The notes beneath the pieces are model-generated. The model was not told where the DNA came from. It did not search any database and worked only from the letters and a program-made list of their open reading frames with translations. From assembly GCA_030649835.1 (NCBI GenBank), contig JAUSES010000035.1, positions 19,590 to 83,589 of the forward strand: a stretch of 64,000 nucleotides of DNA, read 5' to 3'. The translations under genes and the position numbers were made by a program. The stretch is from a bacterium (GTDB lineage Bacteria > Patescibacteriota > Minisyncoccia > Phycocordibacterales > UBA1550). Below are positions 8,125-17,609 of this stretch, piece after piece (the stretch's first letter is position 1; each line of letters opens with the position of its first letter).

Positions 8125-8919
8125 TTAGTCGGCCCAAACGACGAATGTAAAGACTTTCTGACCGTTGCCGAGATTGCGCTCGTGGAGCGTGGTGCGCCCA
8201 TCGCGAGACTTTCGTATTTCCTTGCCCCATTCTGCTCTATTTTCAGTATCTATGTCATCAGAAACGCGTGATGCCCCCGCGCTTGAAGATGTTCTGCTAA
8301 AAAGTGTAGTAATGGTGTCCAAGTGCGCATAGATAGTTTCAAGCTGAGTGAAGTCGTGCAAGTTTGGATACTGGTTGGTGGACGGATCGTTTGTATAATC
8401 CATGCAGGTGCCAAGATTTGCATTGGTAAAAATCTCATCCTGATGGTCAAGCCCAAAAGTATGTCCAACTTCTTGGCACATTACAAATTGTCTCCAAGCG
8501 GGGGTGTTGTACTTCGCGGTGTTGAAATACGTGTCGTTCAGTTTTACCGTTCCTTGATAAATGTGGTTGCCCGATGCCCACACCGAGGCTATGCCGAGCC
8601 AGCCATTATTTCCATAAGTTTTGTTACAAACCTCCACACGACCGTTTGTCGCTCTACAATTTTTTACATTGCTCTGCCCTGCCACAACTGTAGTGTCGAG
8701 AACTGACGATGCGCTCCACATCGCTGAAGTCGTGGCGAGATGGGTATCCCACACCGATAAAACATTATCCCCTAGTTTAAGCACGAAGGGATTTGCTGTA
8801 CGAGCCCAGTGGTAGCTCCCCCACGCATGGCTTGCTAATGCTATGGTTGCAAATGCCGAAACAGACAGTACTGCGATCGCCCCCACGATTAGTCTTTTTG
8901 TGTAATGTTTTGTATTCAT
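8125..8919 (-). CDS. secreted protein with putative zinc-metallopeptidase-like motif
   Basis: 264 aa. Signal peptide. Motif CQEVGHTFGLDHQDE resembles metzincin HExxHxxGxxH but lacks the first His. CTCTAACGGG abuts the ATG. Confidence 0.4.
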   Translation of the reverse strand: MNTKHYTKRLIVGAIAVLSVSAFATIALASHAWGSYHWARTANPFVLKLGDNVLSVWDTHLATTSAMWSASSVLDTTVVAGQSNVKNCRATNGRVEVCNKTYGNNGWLGIASVWASGNHIYQGTVKLNDTYFNTAKYNTPAWRQFVMCQEVGHTFGLDHQDEIFTNANLGTCMDYTNDPSTNQYPNLHDFTQLETIYAHLDTITTLFSRTSSSAGASRVSDDIDTENRAEWGKEIRKSRDGRTTLHERNLGNGQKVFTFVVWAD

Positions 8920-8931
8920 CCCGTTAGAGGT
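8920..8931 (-). promoter_or_regulatory. start-codon-adjacent motif (RNA sense CCUACCUCUAACGGG-AUG), 3' half of a long-range inverted repeat
   Basis: Perfect 12-nt reverse complement of 9087-9098. Directly abuts the ATG of 8125..8919. Confidence 0.5.
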
Positions 8932-9086
8932 AGGAAATTATTAAAAATTTCCGTAGCTAATTATTATCCAATAAATATAAAGTGTCTTTTGTTACGATAT
9001 CCCGCGAGCATAGTCTAACAAACGGTGCCCCACCCGCCATCACTTGGGCACAACTATTTGCTGTGTTCTGGCGAAAGTGGGCGGGA

Positions 9087-9098
9087 ACCTCTAACGGG
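9087..9098 (-). promoter_or_regulatory. distal partner of the start-codon motif (ACCTCTAACGGG)
   Basis: Complementary to 8920-8931. Shares CTCTAACGGGATTCAT with the copy at 49135-49150. Confidence 0.5.
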
Positions 9099-9204
9099 AT
9101 TCATGTTTTATATTGTATACCTGCTGTTATGAATTGCAAGAGTTTTTTGAACAAGGTCTGAATGGCTCTAAAAATGCTCTGCAGAAAAGACAGTATTCCA
9201 CGGC

Positions 9205-9345
9205 TCTGTCTTTGCGAGCGGAGCGAAGCAACCCAGAGAATGTGTGATAAATCCTGGAGATAGCGTCCGAGACGTGAATTTACTAATTCAGCTTCGTCGT
9301 TGAATTAGCAAATTCACTTCCTGGGAGCTCCTCGCAAAGACACTA
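9205..9345. repeat. palindromic intergenic repeat, copy 3 (longer variant with extra internal 19-bp stem)
   Basis: Same outer TIR GTCTTTGCGAG/CTCGCAAAGAC and the cgaagcaacccagag arm. Contains an extra hairpin gtgaatttactaattcagc/gttgaattagcaaattcac. Confidence 0.55.
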
Positions 9346-9369
9346 TTTTCTACAGAGCATTCTAAAAAC

Positions 9370-11307
9370 CTATTTCAGCAACTCATTCAGCTGATTCTGT
9401 TTGCCGTTTGCTATCAAAATCTGTGAGTAGAACTTTTTTGCCTCTGGGTATTCTGGCGCAAGCTCATAGGCGCGCTTAAATGCCATTTCTGAGTTTGCCA
9501 AATCTTTCTTATTATAATATGCGCTCCCAAGCTCAAAAAGTATCGTTTGTTTTTTGGGCGAAAGCTCCGAAGCTTTGTTTAAATATGCGAGCCCTTTGTC
9601 AAAGATACCAACGCGAGAGAAAAAGCTTCCTGCAAAAACTTGATAACGCGCGTCATTAGGAAGCTCTCGTGCCTGCTTTTCAAGCTCTTCTCCTGCAAGG
9701 ATGAGAAATTGTTGCTGTATCTCTGATATCCCTTTAGATGAATCAAATCCATTCATTGCAAGCTGACCGAGCTGCTCGCGCGCTTCAGAGGTTCCAAAAG
9801 AACCATATGCGATAGTTTCTTTAAAAAGCGCAAGGTTATGTGCCGGACCCTCAGACCCACGCTCAGACATGGCGCGAATAAGCGTTGTATTTTGCTTGAA
9901 GCCGTTGTGGTTTACAAAATAGACAAGAACAATCGCAAGAATGATTGCGCCACCCGAAACCATGAAAGTGAGGTCTTCTCCATCGGTTTTTCTGCCTTCA
10001 ACCTTTTGTCTTTCATCCCCCGTCTCCCTGTGACTAATACTCACAATGTATGCAAGTATTGTCCCAAAATAAATAAGTGAGGTGAGGTTATCAAACACGA
10101 AAAGATTTTGGAAAAAATATCCGCCCAAAAGCCCCGTCAAAACACTTTTTTCAACGACGGACAGTTCATCCGCTCGACGCCAAATACAGTACATTGCGCA
10201 CGCAAATAGTGAGATATACGCAAGCAGTGCGGGAAGTCCACCGGCGATTAGCCAATCAAAGAATACATTGTGTGCGCGGTCGAACCATTGCTCTTGTCCA
10301 TACATCTTTGGGTCATAGTATTTATTAAATACATAATTAAAATTTTCCATTCCCCAGCCAAGCACAGGACGCTCTTTGAACCCTTGGTATGCCATATTCC
10401 AAACCATAAAGCGCGACTTGGTAGTCGTCTCGGTAAGGGATATTGATCCAAACCGCGAAAGTACTGGACTATCTTTTACAAACTGTGCATCGCGCATCGC
10501 TATAAATCCGCCGACAAATAAAATAACGACGGCAAGAATTCCTATTGCGCTCCCTCGTACCACTTTTCTCTCACGCTCAAATATTGCTACCAAAAGTGTT
10601 GCAAGTCCTATTCCTGCAATAAGCCCGAGCATCGCTCCACGCGTAGCGGTGTGATAGAGCACAAATGTTTGCAAGAGGACGATAGAGCCATATATTGCCA
10701 CACGCACCCTTTCCCCTATCGTAGTGAAGCTTTCGCGCACAAGGAAAAACCCTGCAAGGAAAACATTAAAAAGTGCATAGGTCCCCATGTACGCCGCGTT
10801 GCCCAGGGTGCCGTTCACCCGCACACCGTCCTGTACAATGGTCAAATCTCCCGCCCATTGAAGCACTGCGTAAATTGCCATACACACACCTACCGCAAGA
10901 TGAAAATTTAAATACGGTCGCCAGAGGTCGCGCACCGTGAGGACCGTAGATGCTACAATAAAATATGCAAAGAGGTGGAAGTATGTTACGACCCCTTCCA
11001 TGCGCTCAAAGTTTGACCAAAAGCTCTTTGTGGGGTTTTCACCAAAAATTGCTGAGAGTGTAATGATACCGAGAAACGCCACAAAGGCGCCGAGGAGCCA
11101 TGTTTTCTTTAGGCGATATGCGGGGTCAATGAACGCAAGAACAATCCACGCAGAAAACATTATCTCTACCACAAGGCGAAACGCAAAGTTTTTTCCTACA
11201 ATAAACGGGAAAAATGTGTTTTGTGACAAAACAATAAACGGAATAAATGGCACCGCCACAAACCCCGCCAAAACCACCGCATTCGCCAAAAATTTATGTA
11301 TGTTCAT
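9370..11307 (-). CDS. O-antigen ligase-like (Wzy_C) polytopic membrane protein with C-terminal TPR repeats
   Basis: 645 aa. About 12 TM segments in the N-terminal 430 aa. The soluble C-terminal region carries TPR-like repeats (AYLNKASELSPKKQTILFELGSAYYNKKDLANSEMAFKRAYELAPEY). Confidence 0.6.
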   Translation of the reverse strand: MNIHKFLANAVVLAGFVAVPFIPFIVLSQNTFFPFIVGKNFAFRLVVEIMFSAWIVLAFIDPAYRLKKTWLLGAFVAFLGIITLSAIFGENPTKSFWSNFERMEGVVTYFHLFAYFIVASTVLTVRDLWRPYLNFHLAVGVCMAIYAVLQWAGDLTIVQDGVRVNGTLGNAAYMGTYALFNVFLAGFFLVRESFTTIGERVRVAIYGSIVLLQTFVLYHTATRGAMLGLIAGIGLATLLVAIFERERKVVRGSAIGILAVVILFVGGFIAMRDAQFVKDSPVLSRFGSISLTETTTKSRFMVWNMAYQGFKERPVLGWGMENFNYVFNKYYDPKMYGQEQWFDRAHNVFFDWLIAGGLPALLAYISLFACAMYCIWRRADELSVVEKSVLTGLLGGYFFQNLFVFDNLTSLIYFGTILAYIVSISHRETGDERQKVEGRKTDGEDLTFMVSGGAIILAIVLVYFVNHNGFKQNTTLIRAMSERGSEGPAHNLALFKETIAYGSFGTSEAREQLGQLAMNGFDSSKGISEIQQQFLILAGEELEKQARELPNDARYQVFAGSFFSRVGIFDKGLAYLNKASELSPKKQTILFELGSAYYNKKDLANSEMAFKRAYELAPEYPEAKKFYSQILIANGKQNQLNELLK

Positions 11308-11425
11308 ATTGTTTAGAAATTTGTTAAATTATAGAGATTTATCAGGAAAACTTAAAAAAATCTTGACCATCTACCCAGATACTGGACACGTAGTATGACA
11401 ATCGTATCATAATTATCTAATAAAA

Positions 11426-12151
11426 TTAAATTACTAATTGATGTTGTAGCTTTTCCTTTGCAAGTATCTGTGCCCTTAAAAGACTCTCGAAAGTGCCACA
11501 GTCGATCCAGTCCCCCTTAACTTCAACAACAGCAAGCTCGCTACTTTTAAGAAACCAGTTATGAAGATCTACAATTTCAAGCTCCCCACGTAAGCTTGGT
11601 TTTATTTTTTTTGCAACCTCAATAACTCTCTTGTCGTACAAGTAAAGTCCCGTAATTGCGTGATCGCTAATTTTTTGTTTTGGTTTCTCAATAATTAACT
11701 CAGCTTTCATGTTTTCGTCAAATTTAACTACCCCAAACCTCTCTGGGTCATGAACTCTTTTCGCAAATATCTTTGCCCCTCCAGAAAAATCTTTTATATC
11801 TTGAGAAAAATCGTCTTCAAAAATGTTATCTCCCAAAATCATTGCAACGTTTTCGCTTCCGATAAAATGTTCACCAATAATAAACGCTTCAGGAAGCCCT
11901 GCAGGTTTATCTTGAATCTCATAGCTAATCTTAACACCAAATTCCTTACCACTACCAAGAAGATTTAGGTAGTCCCCCGCCCTCTCTGGTGCGACGATAA
12001 TTAAGATATCCTTTATCCCTGCTCTAATTAAGGTATTCAATGGGTAAAAGATCATTGGCCTATTATAGACGTGAAGAAGCTGTTTGCTCGTAGTTTTCGT
12101 GCAGGGGAACAGCCTAGATCCGACTCCTCCCGACAAAATAATTCCTTTCAT
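11426..12151 (-). CDS. sugar-1-phosphate nucleotidyltransferase (RfbA/RfbF-like)
   Basis: MKGIILSGGVGSRLFPCTKTTSKQLL matches the GGxGxRL signature of glucose-1-phosphate thymidylyl/cytidylyltransferases. 241 aa. Confidence 0.7.
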   Translation of the reverse strand: MKGIILSGGVGSRLFPCTKTTSKQLLHVYNRPMIFYPLNTLIRAGIKDILIIVAPERAGDYLNLLGSGKEFGVKISYEIQDKPAGLPEAFIIGEHFIGSENVAMILGDNIFEDDFSQDIKDFSGGAKIFAKRVHDPERFGVVKFDENMKAELIIEKPKQKISDHAITGLYLYDKRVIEVAKKIKPSLRGELEIVDLHNWFLKSSELAVVEVKGDWIDCGTFESLLRAQILAKEKLQHQLVI

Positions 12152-12209
12152 AGTAGTGTAAGTCTACACCGAGCCATATGTCAGCGCAACCCACTAACCT
12201 GTTCTGCGC

Positions 12210-13052
12210 TTAGTTGAGTGAACTCTTGTATATTTTGAAAATCTGTGTCAATCGATCTTTGTCGAGAGCAGGCATTGATATACCAAATGATTTTGCTTTT
12301 TTATTCGACAGGACGCAATTACTTCTTTTTGCTTTTACAATACCCTGCTCTAATTCTTTAATATTTATTATCTGATAGTTATGAGAAGGATCAATTATTT
12401 TTTTATACATTTCAAGAATTTCCTTATGTTCAATATAACCGTCATTAACTAAATTCAAAATTCCGAAGGGTTTTATTATTGCTAATTTCTCAATTGCAGG
12501 AAACATGTCCTCTATAAGGGTAACAGAATTGGGTACTGAAATTATACTTTTATACGAGATAAGTTTATTTATTAAGTTCCTTGGATGTGCCCTTGCGGAG
12601 ATCGGCATTCTTATCCGAATCTGCAATACAGGAAGTTCCTTCAGGGCCTCTTGAGCCACAACTCTCATTCGTGAGTAAAAGCTCCCAAAAAAATTAGGGG
12701 GGTCCATTTCTGTGAACGCCATATCCTTGCCCCCTTCATAAATGCATCCTGACCCAATCTGTATAGGATATGCACCAAACTCTAAAGCAGCCAGCATAAC
12801 ATTAATCACCCCACCAACGTTCACGGCGACAGTTTCATTCTTGTGGTCTTCACACCAGTCAATGTTTGGGTAGGCTCGAACTCCAGCAAAATTTACAACT
12901 ACTTCTGGTTTCGTCTCCTTGAATTTTTTACGAAGTGCTTGAAAATCTGTAACTTCTACACGCTCAGTAATAACTTCATGCCCTCTATCTTCTAAATACT
13001 GAGTGAGACCACTGCCCATAAAGCCACTAGCGCCCAAAATATAAAATTTCAT
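12210..13052 (-). CDS. NAD(P)-dependent sugar-nucleotide reductase/epimerase (RmlD-like)
   Basis: MKFYILGASGFMGSGL Rossmann motif. 280 aa, consistent with the dTDP-4-dehydrorhamnose reductase family. Confidence 0.55.
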   Translation of the reverse strand: MKFYILGASGFMGSGLTQYLEDRGHEVITERVEVTDFQALRKKFKETKPEVVVNFAGVRAYPNIDWCEDHKNETVAVNVGGVINVMLAALEFGAYPIQIGSGCIYEGGKDMAFTEMDPPNFFGSFYSRMRVVAQEALKELPVLQIRIRMPISARAHPRNLINKLISYKSIISVPNSVTLIEDMFPAIEKLAIIKPFGILNLVNDGYIEHKEILEMYKKIIDPSHNYQIINIKELEQGIVKAKRSNCVLSNKKAKSFGISMPALDKDRLTQIFKIYKSSLN

Positions 13053-13291
13053 TTTACTATTCTAACACAATTATTTTTTAATGTCTTTAAATAAATATTG
13101 TACTCCCAATATCATTATAAATTAAAATAATTTGGGCATATTTGCATTATTAATAATGTTATCACTCAAACAAAAGAACTATATTTCTACTTCACGACAA
13201 TTCTTCAATAACTACTAATCTTTTCATCCCCACTCTGTATCTACCTCAAGCCTTTATATTTTTTTCTTCTTGGGCATGAAATACATCCTAT

Positions 13292-14710
13292 TTATATATT
13301 TCGCTCATACACATCATCAAACCGCACAATATCATCCTCGCCTAGATATGCGCCATTCTGTACTTCAATAACCTCAAGGACCTCATTTGTTGGATTTTCA
13401 AGTCGATGAATAGTCTCGGTGGGAATATCGACTGTTTGGTTTATTTCATATAAGAGAGTACTTTCTCCTACTGTTGCTTTTGCTACACCTTGTATCACAA
13501 CCCAGTGCTCGGAGCGCTGGTGATGCAACTGAAGGGAGAGTCGCTCGTGCGGGTTCACCATAATTTTTTTTACTTTATATCCCAAACCTTCCTCAAGCAC
13601 GGTATAAGACCCCCATGGGCGCACTACAGTTTTGTGCTCTTTGTACTGCATTTTATTTCTTTCTTTGAGGACTGCAAATGCATTTTTTATCTTGTGGGTT
13701 TCGTCCTTGTGTACAATAAGTACCGCATCCTCTGTATCAACCACGACAATTCCACTTACTCCAATTGCAACAGTCGCCCTCTTTTCACTTCCGTATACTA
13801 AAGAGTTCTCACAATCAATGATCAATGCGTGCTCATTTAGAACATTGCCTCTTGAGTCTTTTCCCAAAAGTTCGTATAGAGACTTCCATGAACCAATATC
13901 TCTCCAGCCAAATTTCACCTTGATGACTTCGACCGCCTTACTTCTTTCAAGAAGGCCTACATCTATAGACACAGGGGAAAGAACTGAAAAATGTTCTATA
14001 AACTTTTCATTATTCGTTTCTCTTAAAGAAATCGCGTGAACAACCTCTGGTAGATATTTTTTAATCTCCTTATTAAATGTTTTTGCGCTCCAAATAAAAA
14101 TTCCTGCATTCCAAAGATACCCATCTTTTACATAAACTTCCGCTATTTCCTGTGGAGGTTTTTCAACAAAACACTCAACAGGCACGGATACCTGTTTTCC
14201 TATTGCAGAAGCTGGTTTAATGTATCCGTATTCAGGACTTGAGCTATCTGGAGCAATACCGAGAGTAATGAGCTTTCCTTCTCCCGCACGTGCGAATGCA
14301 GTAATTATACTTTTTTTAAATGCTACGGTGTCTGTGATTAGATGATCTGCAGGCGAAACAAGGATAAGTGCACCTCTATCTTTTTTTTGAATAACGTCAA
14401 CAGCGAGAGAAATGGCAGGAGCGGTATTTTTTTGAGCAGGTTCTATTATTAGCTGTTCACGGGTGAATCCATAACTTTTAAGTTGTAGTAGTATGTCAGT
14501 GGTAAATTGTTTGTTAGTAACAATGTAAATATTTTCTTTTGGAACAATACTTTCTGTTCGTGAAAATGTTTCCTGAATAAGTGTTTTGTTGCCAGTAAGA
14601 GCCAAAAGCTGTTTAGGATACATTTCACGGCTAATAGGCCAAAGTCGCGTTCCCGACCCTCCCGCAAGAATCACCGCATAATAATGGTTATTATTGAGTT
14701 GTTTTTTCAC
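13292..14710 (-). CDS. manC: mannose-1-phosphate guanylyltransferase / mannose-6-phosphate isomerase (bifunctional, cupin C-terminus)
   Basis: YAVILAGGSGTRLWPISREMYPKQLL at the N-terminus. 472 aa. C-terminal cupin region HHQRSEHWVV. Confidence 0.8.
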   Translation of the reverse strand: MKKQLNNNHYYAVILAGGSGTRLWPISREMYPKQLLALTGNKTLIQETFSRTESIVPKENIYIVTNKQFTTDILLQLKSYGFTREQLIIEPAQKNTAPAISLAVDVIQKKDRGALILVSPADHLITDTVAFKKSIITAFARAGEGKLITLGIAPDSSSPEYGYIKPASAIGKQVSVPVECFVEKPPQEIAEVYVKDGYLWNAGIFIWSAKTFNKEIKKYLPEVVHAISLRETNNEKFIEHFSVLSPVSIDVGLLERSKAVEVIKVKFGWRDIGSWKSLYELLGKDSRGNVLNEHALIIDCENSLVYGSEKRATVAIGVSGIVVVDTEDAVLIVHKDETHKIKNAFAVLKERNKMQYKEHKTVVRPWGSYTVLEEGLGYKVKKIMVNPHERLSLQLHHQRSEHWVVIQGVAKATVGESTLLYEINQTVDIPTETIHRLENPTNEVLEVIEVQNGAYLGEDDIVRFDDVYERNI

Positions 14711-14852
14711 AGAAATATGTCCCCAAGGTTACAACAGTAGATCGCAATATACCACACAAAGCAGAAAAAAGGAAAGGCTGAGAGTAACAGAATATCCTAA
14801 GTACGAATTATTTTTCTTCATTACCTTTGACCATATATCATAATGGCACCTA

Positions 14853-15137
14853 TTGACACCTTTTGATATTACGAATAATATATGTCAAATGAATAAAGAA
14901 ATCAATCTTCACGAGGTTTATACAACAACAGAAGCCCAACAGCTCCTCAAAATAAGCGACAGCACTATGAAGCGCCATCTCAAAAATGGCCTTATTCGTG
15001 CTAATAAAGTTGGTGGTCAATATCGCATTCTCGGAAAAGAGATTCTTCGCATTGTTTCTCCAGAGCTTGAGAAAGGGGCAACGAGATCATACCTTGGTCT
15101 TAAGGAAAAAGTCGTAAACACGATGAATAAATGGTAG
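14853..15137 (+). CDS. helix-turn-helix DNA-binding protein (excisionase/MerR-like HTH_17)
   Basis: TTTEAQQLLKISDSTMKRHLKNGLIRANKVGGQYRI fits the excisionase-family HTH. First gene of the + strand operon, immediately upstream of gmd. Confidence 0.45.
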   Translation: MTPFDITNNICQMNKEINLHEVYTTTEAQQLLKISDSTMKRHLKNGLIRANKVGGQYRILGKEILRIVSPELEKGATRSYLGLKEKVVNTMNKW

Positions 15138-15149
15138 TATATTAAAATT

Positions 15150-16190
15150 ATGAAAAAAGCACTTATCACGGGCATTACAGGACAGGACGGTTCGTATCTT
15201 GCTGAACTCCTTCTGGAAAAAGGTTACCAAGTGCACGGCATCATACGTCGATCGAGCACCTTCAACACCTCACGTATAGACCATATTTACGAAGACGCAC
15301 ACTCCCCCGACTGGAAGCTTCACTTGCACTATGGTGACCTTTCTGATGGGAGCAACCTAAACCGTATTTTAGAGAAAGTGCAACCGGATGAAATCTACCA
15401 TCTCGGCGCGCAAAGCCATGTTCGCGTAAGTTTTGATATGCCCGAGTACACTGGTGATGTTACGGGGCTCGGAACACTCCGTATTCTTGACGCTATACGT
15501 GAGTCAGGCATTAAGACAAAATTTTATCAAGCCTCCTCCAGTGAGATGTTTGGGAAAGCAGTGGAGCTTCCTCTCAAAGAGACAACACCGTTTCATCCAA
15601 GATCTCCGTACGGTTGTGCCAAGGTATACGCTTACTGGATAGTAAAAAACTATAGGGAGGCATACGGTATGTTTGCAACAAATGGCATACTTTTTAATCA
15701 TGAGTCCCCCCGTCGTGGCGAAACGTTTGTGACTAAAAAAATTACACGTGGCCTCGCGCGAATAAAACTAGGAAAGGATGACATGCTTTATCTCGGCAAC
15801 TTGGACGCACAGCGCGACTGGGGTTATGCAAAGGATTACGTCTATGGAATGTGGCTTATGCTTCAACACGATGAGCCGGATGACTTCATTCTTGCAACAA
15901 ACGAGACACACACTGTGCGTGAGTTTGTGGAGGAAGCCGGAAAGCACCTTGGCTTTGAAATTATCTGGAAAGGTTCTGGAGAGAATGAAGAGGGCGTGGA
16001 TAAAAAAACAGGAAAAACAATAATTAAAATTGACCCAAGATATTTTAGACCGGCGGAGGTGGATATTCTTCTTGGTGACTATTCAAAAGCAAAAGAGAAG
16101 CTTGGCTGGGAGCCAGAAACAAAGTTTAAGGAATTGGCTAAACTTATGACAGAGGAGGATTTCAAAAAAGAAAAACTCACAAAAAATTAA
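15150..16190 (+). CDS. gmd: GDP-mannose 4,6-dehydratase
   Basis: [47 protein letters not shown] is near-canonical for Gmd. 346 aa. Confidence 0.9.
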   Translation: MKKALITGITGQDGSYLAELLLEKGYQVHGIIRRSSTFNTSRIDHIYEDAHSPDWKLHLHYGDLSDGSNLNRILEKVQPDEIYHLGAQSHVRVSFDMPEYTGDVTGLGTLRILDAIRESGIKTKFYQASSSEMFGKAVELPLKETTPFHPRSPYGCAKVYAYWIVKNYREAYGMFATNGILFNHESPRRGETFVTKKITRGLARIKLGKDDMLYLGNLDAQRDWGYAKDYVYGMWLMLQHDEPDDFILATNETHTVREFVEEAGKHLGFEIIWKGSGENEEGVDKKTGKTIIKIDPRYFRPAEVDILLGDYSKAKEKLGWEPETKFKELAKLMTEEDFKKEKLTKN

Positions 16191-16211
16191 AACGATTTCA
16201 AAAAAAACATT

Positions 16212-16667
16212 ATGAATAATATTCCTGCGGAAATCTATGCACAGATACACCACGCGGTACCAATCGCTTGCGTTGATGTTGTGTTAAAGAAGGATAATAC
16301 TTTTTTGCTTGTTAAACGAACTAACAAGCCCGCACAAGGACAGTGGTGGATCCCCGGAGGAAGGATCCTTAAGGGGGAGATTCTTGAGGATTCGGCACGA
16401 CGCAAGGTTCGCCAAGAAACTGGGGCGGGGATACGGATTGAACGGATACTTGGTGCCGACGAAACGCTATTCTCCGATGGTCCTTTTAATGACTCAACTC
16501 ATACAATCAATGTTGTTTTTCTTGCAACAATCGAAGACCAGGATACTATTGTCAAGCTCGACCCACAGAACGATGAGTATCAATGGTTTTCATACATCGA
16601 TCCTGTATGGCATCCTTATGTGAAAAAGTTTCTTGCGCTTGCGGGATTTATTGAACAAGGAAATTAA
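16212..16667 (+). CDS. gmm: NUDIX hydrolase, GDP-mannose mannosyl hydrolase-like
   Basis: Nudix box GQWWIPGGRILKGEILEDSARRKVRQETG. Positioned between gmd and fcl, as in colanic-acid and O-antigen loci. Confidence 0.7.
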   Translation: MNNIPAEIYAQIHHAVPIACVDVVLKKDNTFLLVKRTNKPAQGQWWIPGGRILKGEILEDSARRKVRQETGAGIRIERILGADETLFSDGPFNDSTHTINVVFLATIEDQDTIVKLDPQNDEYQWFSYIDPVWHPYVKKFLALAGFIEQGN

Positions 16668-16673
16668 ACTACA

Positions 16674-17609
16674 ATGAATAAAAACTCTAAAATATTTGTT
16701 GCAGGACACAGAGGGCTTGTAGGTTCTGCTATTGTCCGTGCTCTTCAAAAAGAAGGGTTTACCAACCTCTTCCTCAAAACGCACGCTGAGCTTGATTTGC
16801 TCGACCAAAACGCAGTTAAAAGTTTTTTTGAGAGGGAAAAACCTGAATATGTTTTCCTCGCAGCAGCAAAAGTAGGGGGGATTATGGCAAATAAGACTTA
16901 TCCTGCGGATTTTATATATAGCAATGTATCTATTCAAACGAATGTAATTCATAACGCCTATGTAAATAATGTAAAAAAACTTTTGTTCCTTGGAAGCTCG
17001 TGTATCTATCCAAAACTGTGTGAACAGCCTATCAAAGAGGAGTATCTATTGTCTGGAGCACTTGAGGAGTCCAATAAAGGATATGCTCTGGCAAAAATCG
17101 CTGGGATCATTATGTGTCAATCATACAACGAGCAATACGGTACCAATTTCATTTCCCTCATGCCTACCAATCTCTACGGCCCCAATGACAATTTCGATCT
17201 CGAAAATTCTCACGTACTTCCTGCAATGATACGAAAATTCCACGAAGCCAAGGTTTCTCAAGCGCCCAGCGTCTCACTATGGGGAACAGGAAGCGCAATG
17301 CGCGAGTTTTTACATGTCGACGATCTTGCAAACGCATCCTTGTTTTTAATGGAGAATTACGATTCTTCTGCTATTATCAATGTGGGAACAGGCGAGGATA
17401 TAACAATACGAGAACTTGCGGAAAAAATTAAAAAGGCGACGGATTATCAAGGTAATATTGTATGGGATACATCAAAACCTGACGGAACTCCAAGAAAATT
17501 ACTTGATGTGACCAAGTTGCATAAACTTGGGTGGAGCCACAGTGTCTCTCTTGATGATGGCATCACTTCAACTTATGAATGGTTTAGGAAAAATTATAAA
17601 AATGAGTAA
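16674..17609 (+). CDS. fcl: GDP-L-fucose synthase (GDP-4-keto-6-deoxymannose 3,5-epimerase/4-reductase)
   Basis: [18 protein letters not shown]...[11 protein letters not shown]. 311 aa. Confidence 0.9.
   Translation: MNKNSKIFVAGHRGLVGSAIVRALQKEGFTNLFLKTHAELDLLDQNAVKSFFEREKPEYVFLAAAKVGGIMANKTYPADFIYSNVSIQTNVIHNAYVNNVKKLLFLGSSCIYPKLCEQPIKEEYLLSGALEESNKGYALAKIAGIIMCQSYNEQYGTNFISLMPTNLYGPNDNFDLENSHVLPAMIRKFHEAKVSQAPSVSLWGTGSAMREFLHVDDLANASLFLMENYDSSAIINVGTGEDITIRELAEKIKKATDYQGNIVWDTSKPDGTPRKLLDVTKLHKLGWSHSVSLDDGITSTYEWFRKNYKNE

Noticed and set aside
8125-8919. Confident call of a metzincin protease
   Set aside because: The motif CQEVGHTFGLDH lacks the first His of HExxH. Only a tentative metallopeptidase-like label is kept.
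17527-17601. Upstream start of wzm overlapping the fcl 3' end
   Set aside because: ATG at 17602 gives the canonical ATGA stop/start overlap and a typical ABC-2 permease N-terminus. The extension is in the fcl coding region.
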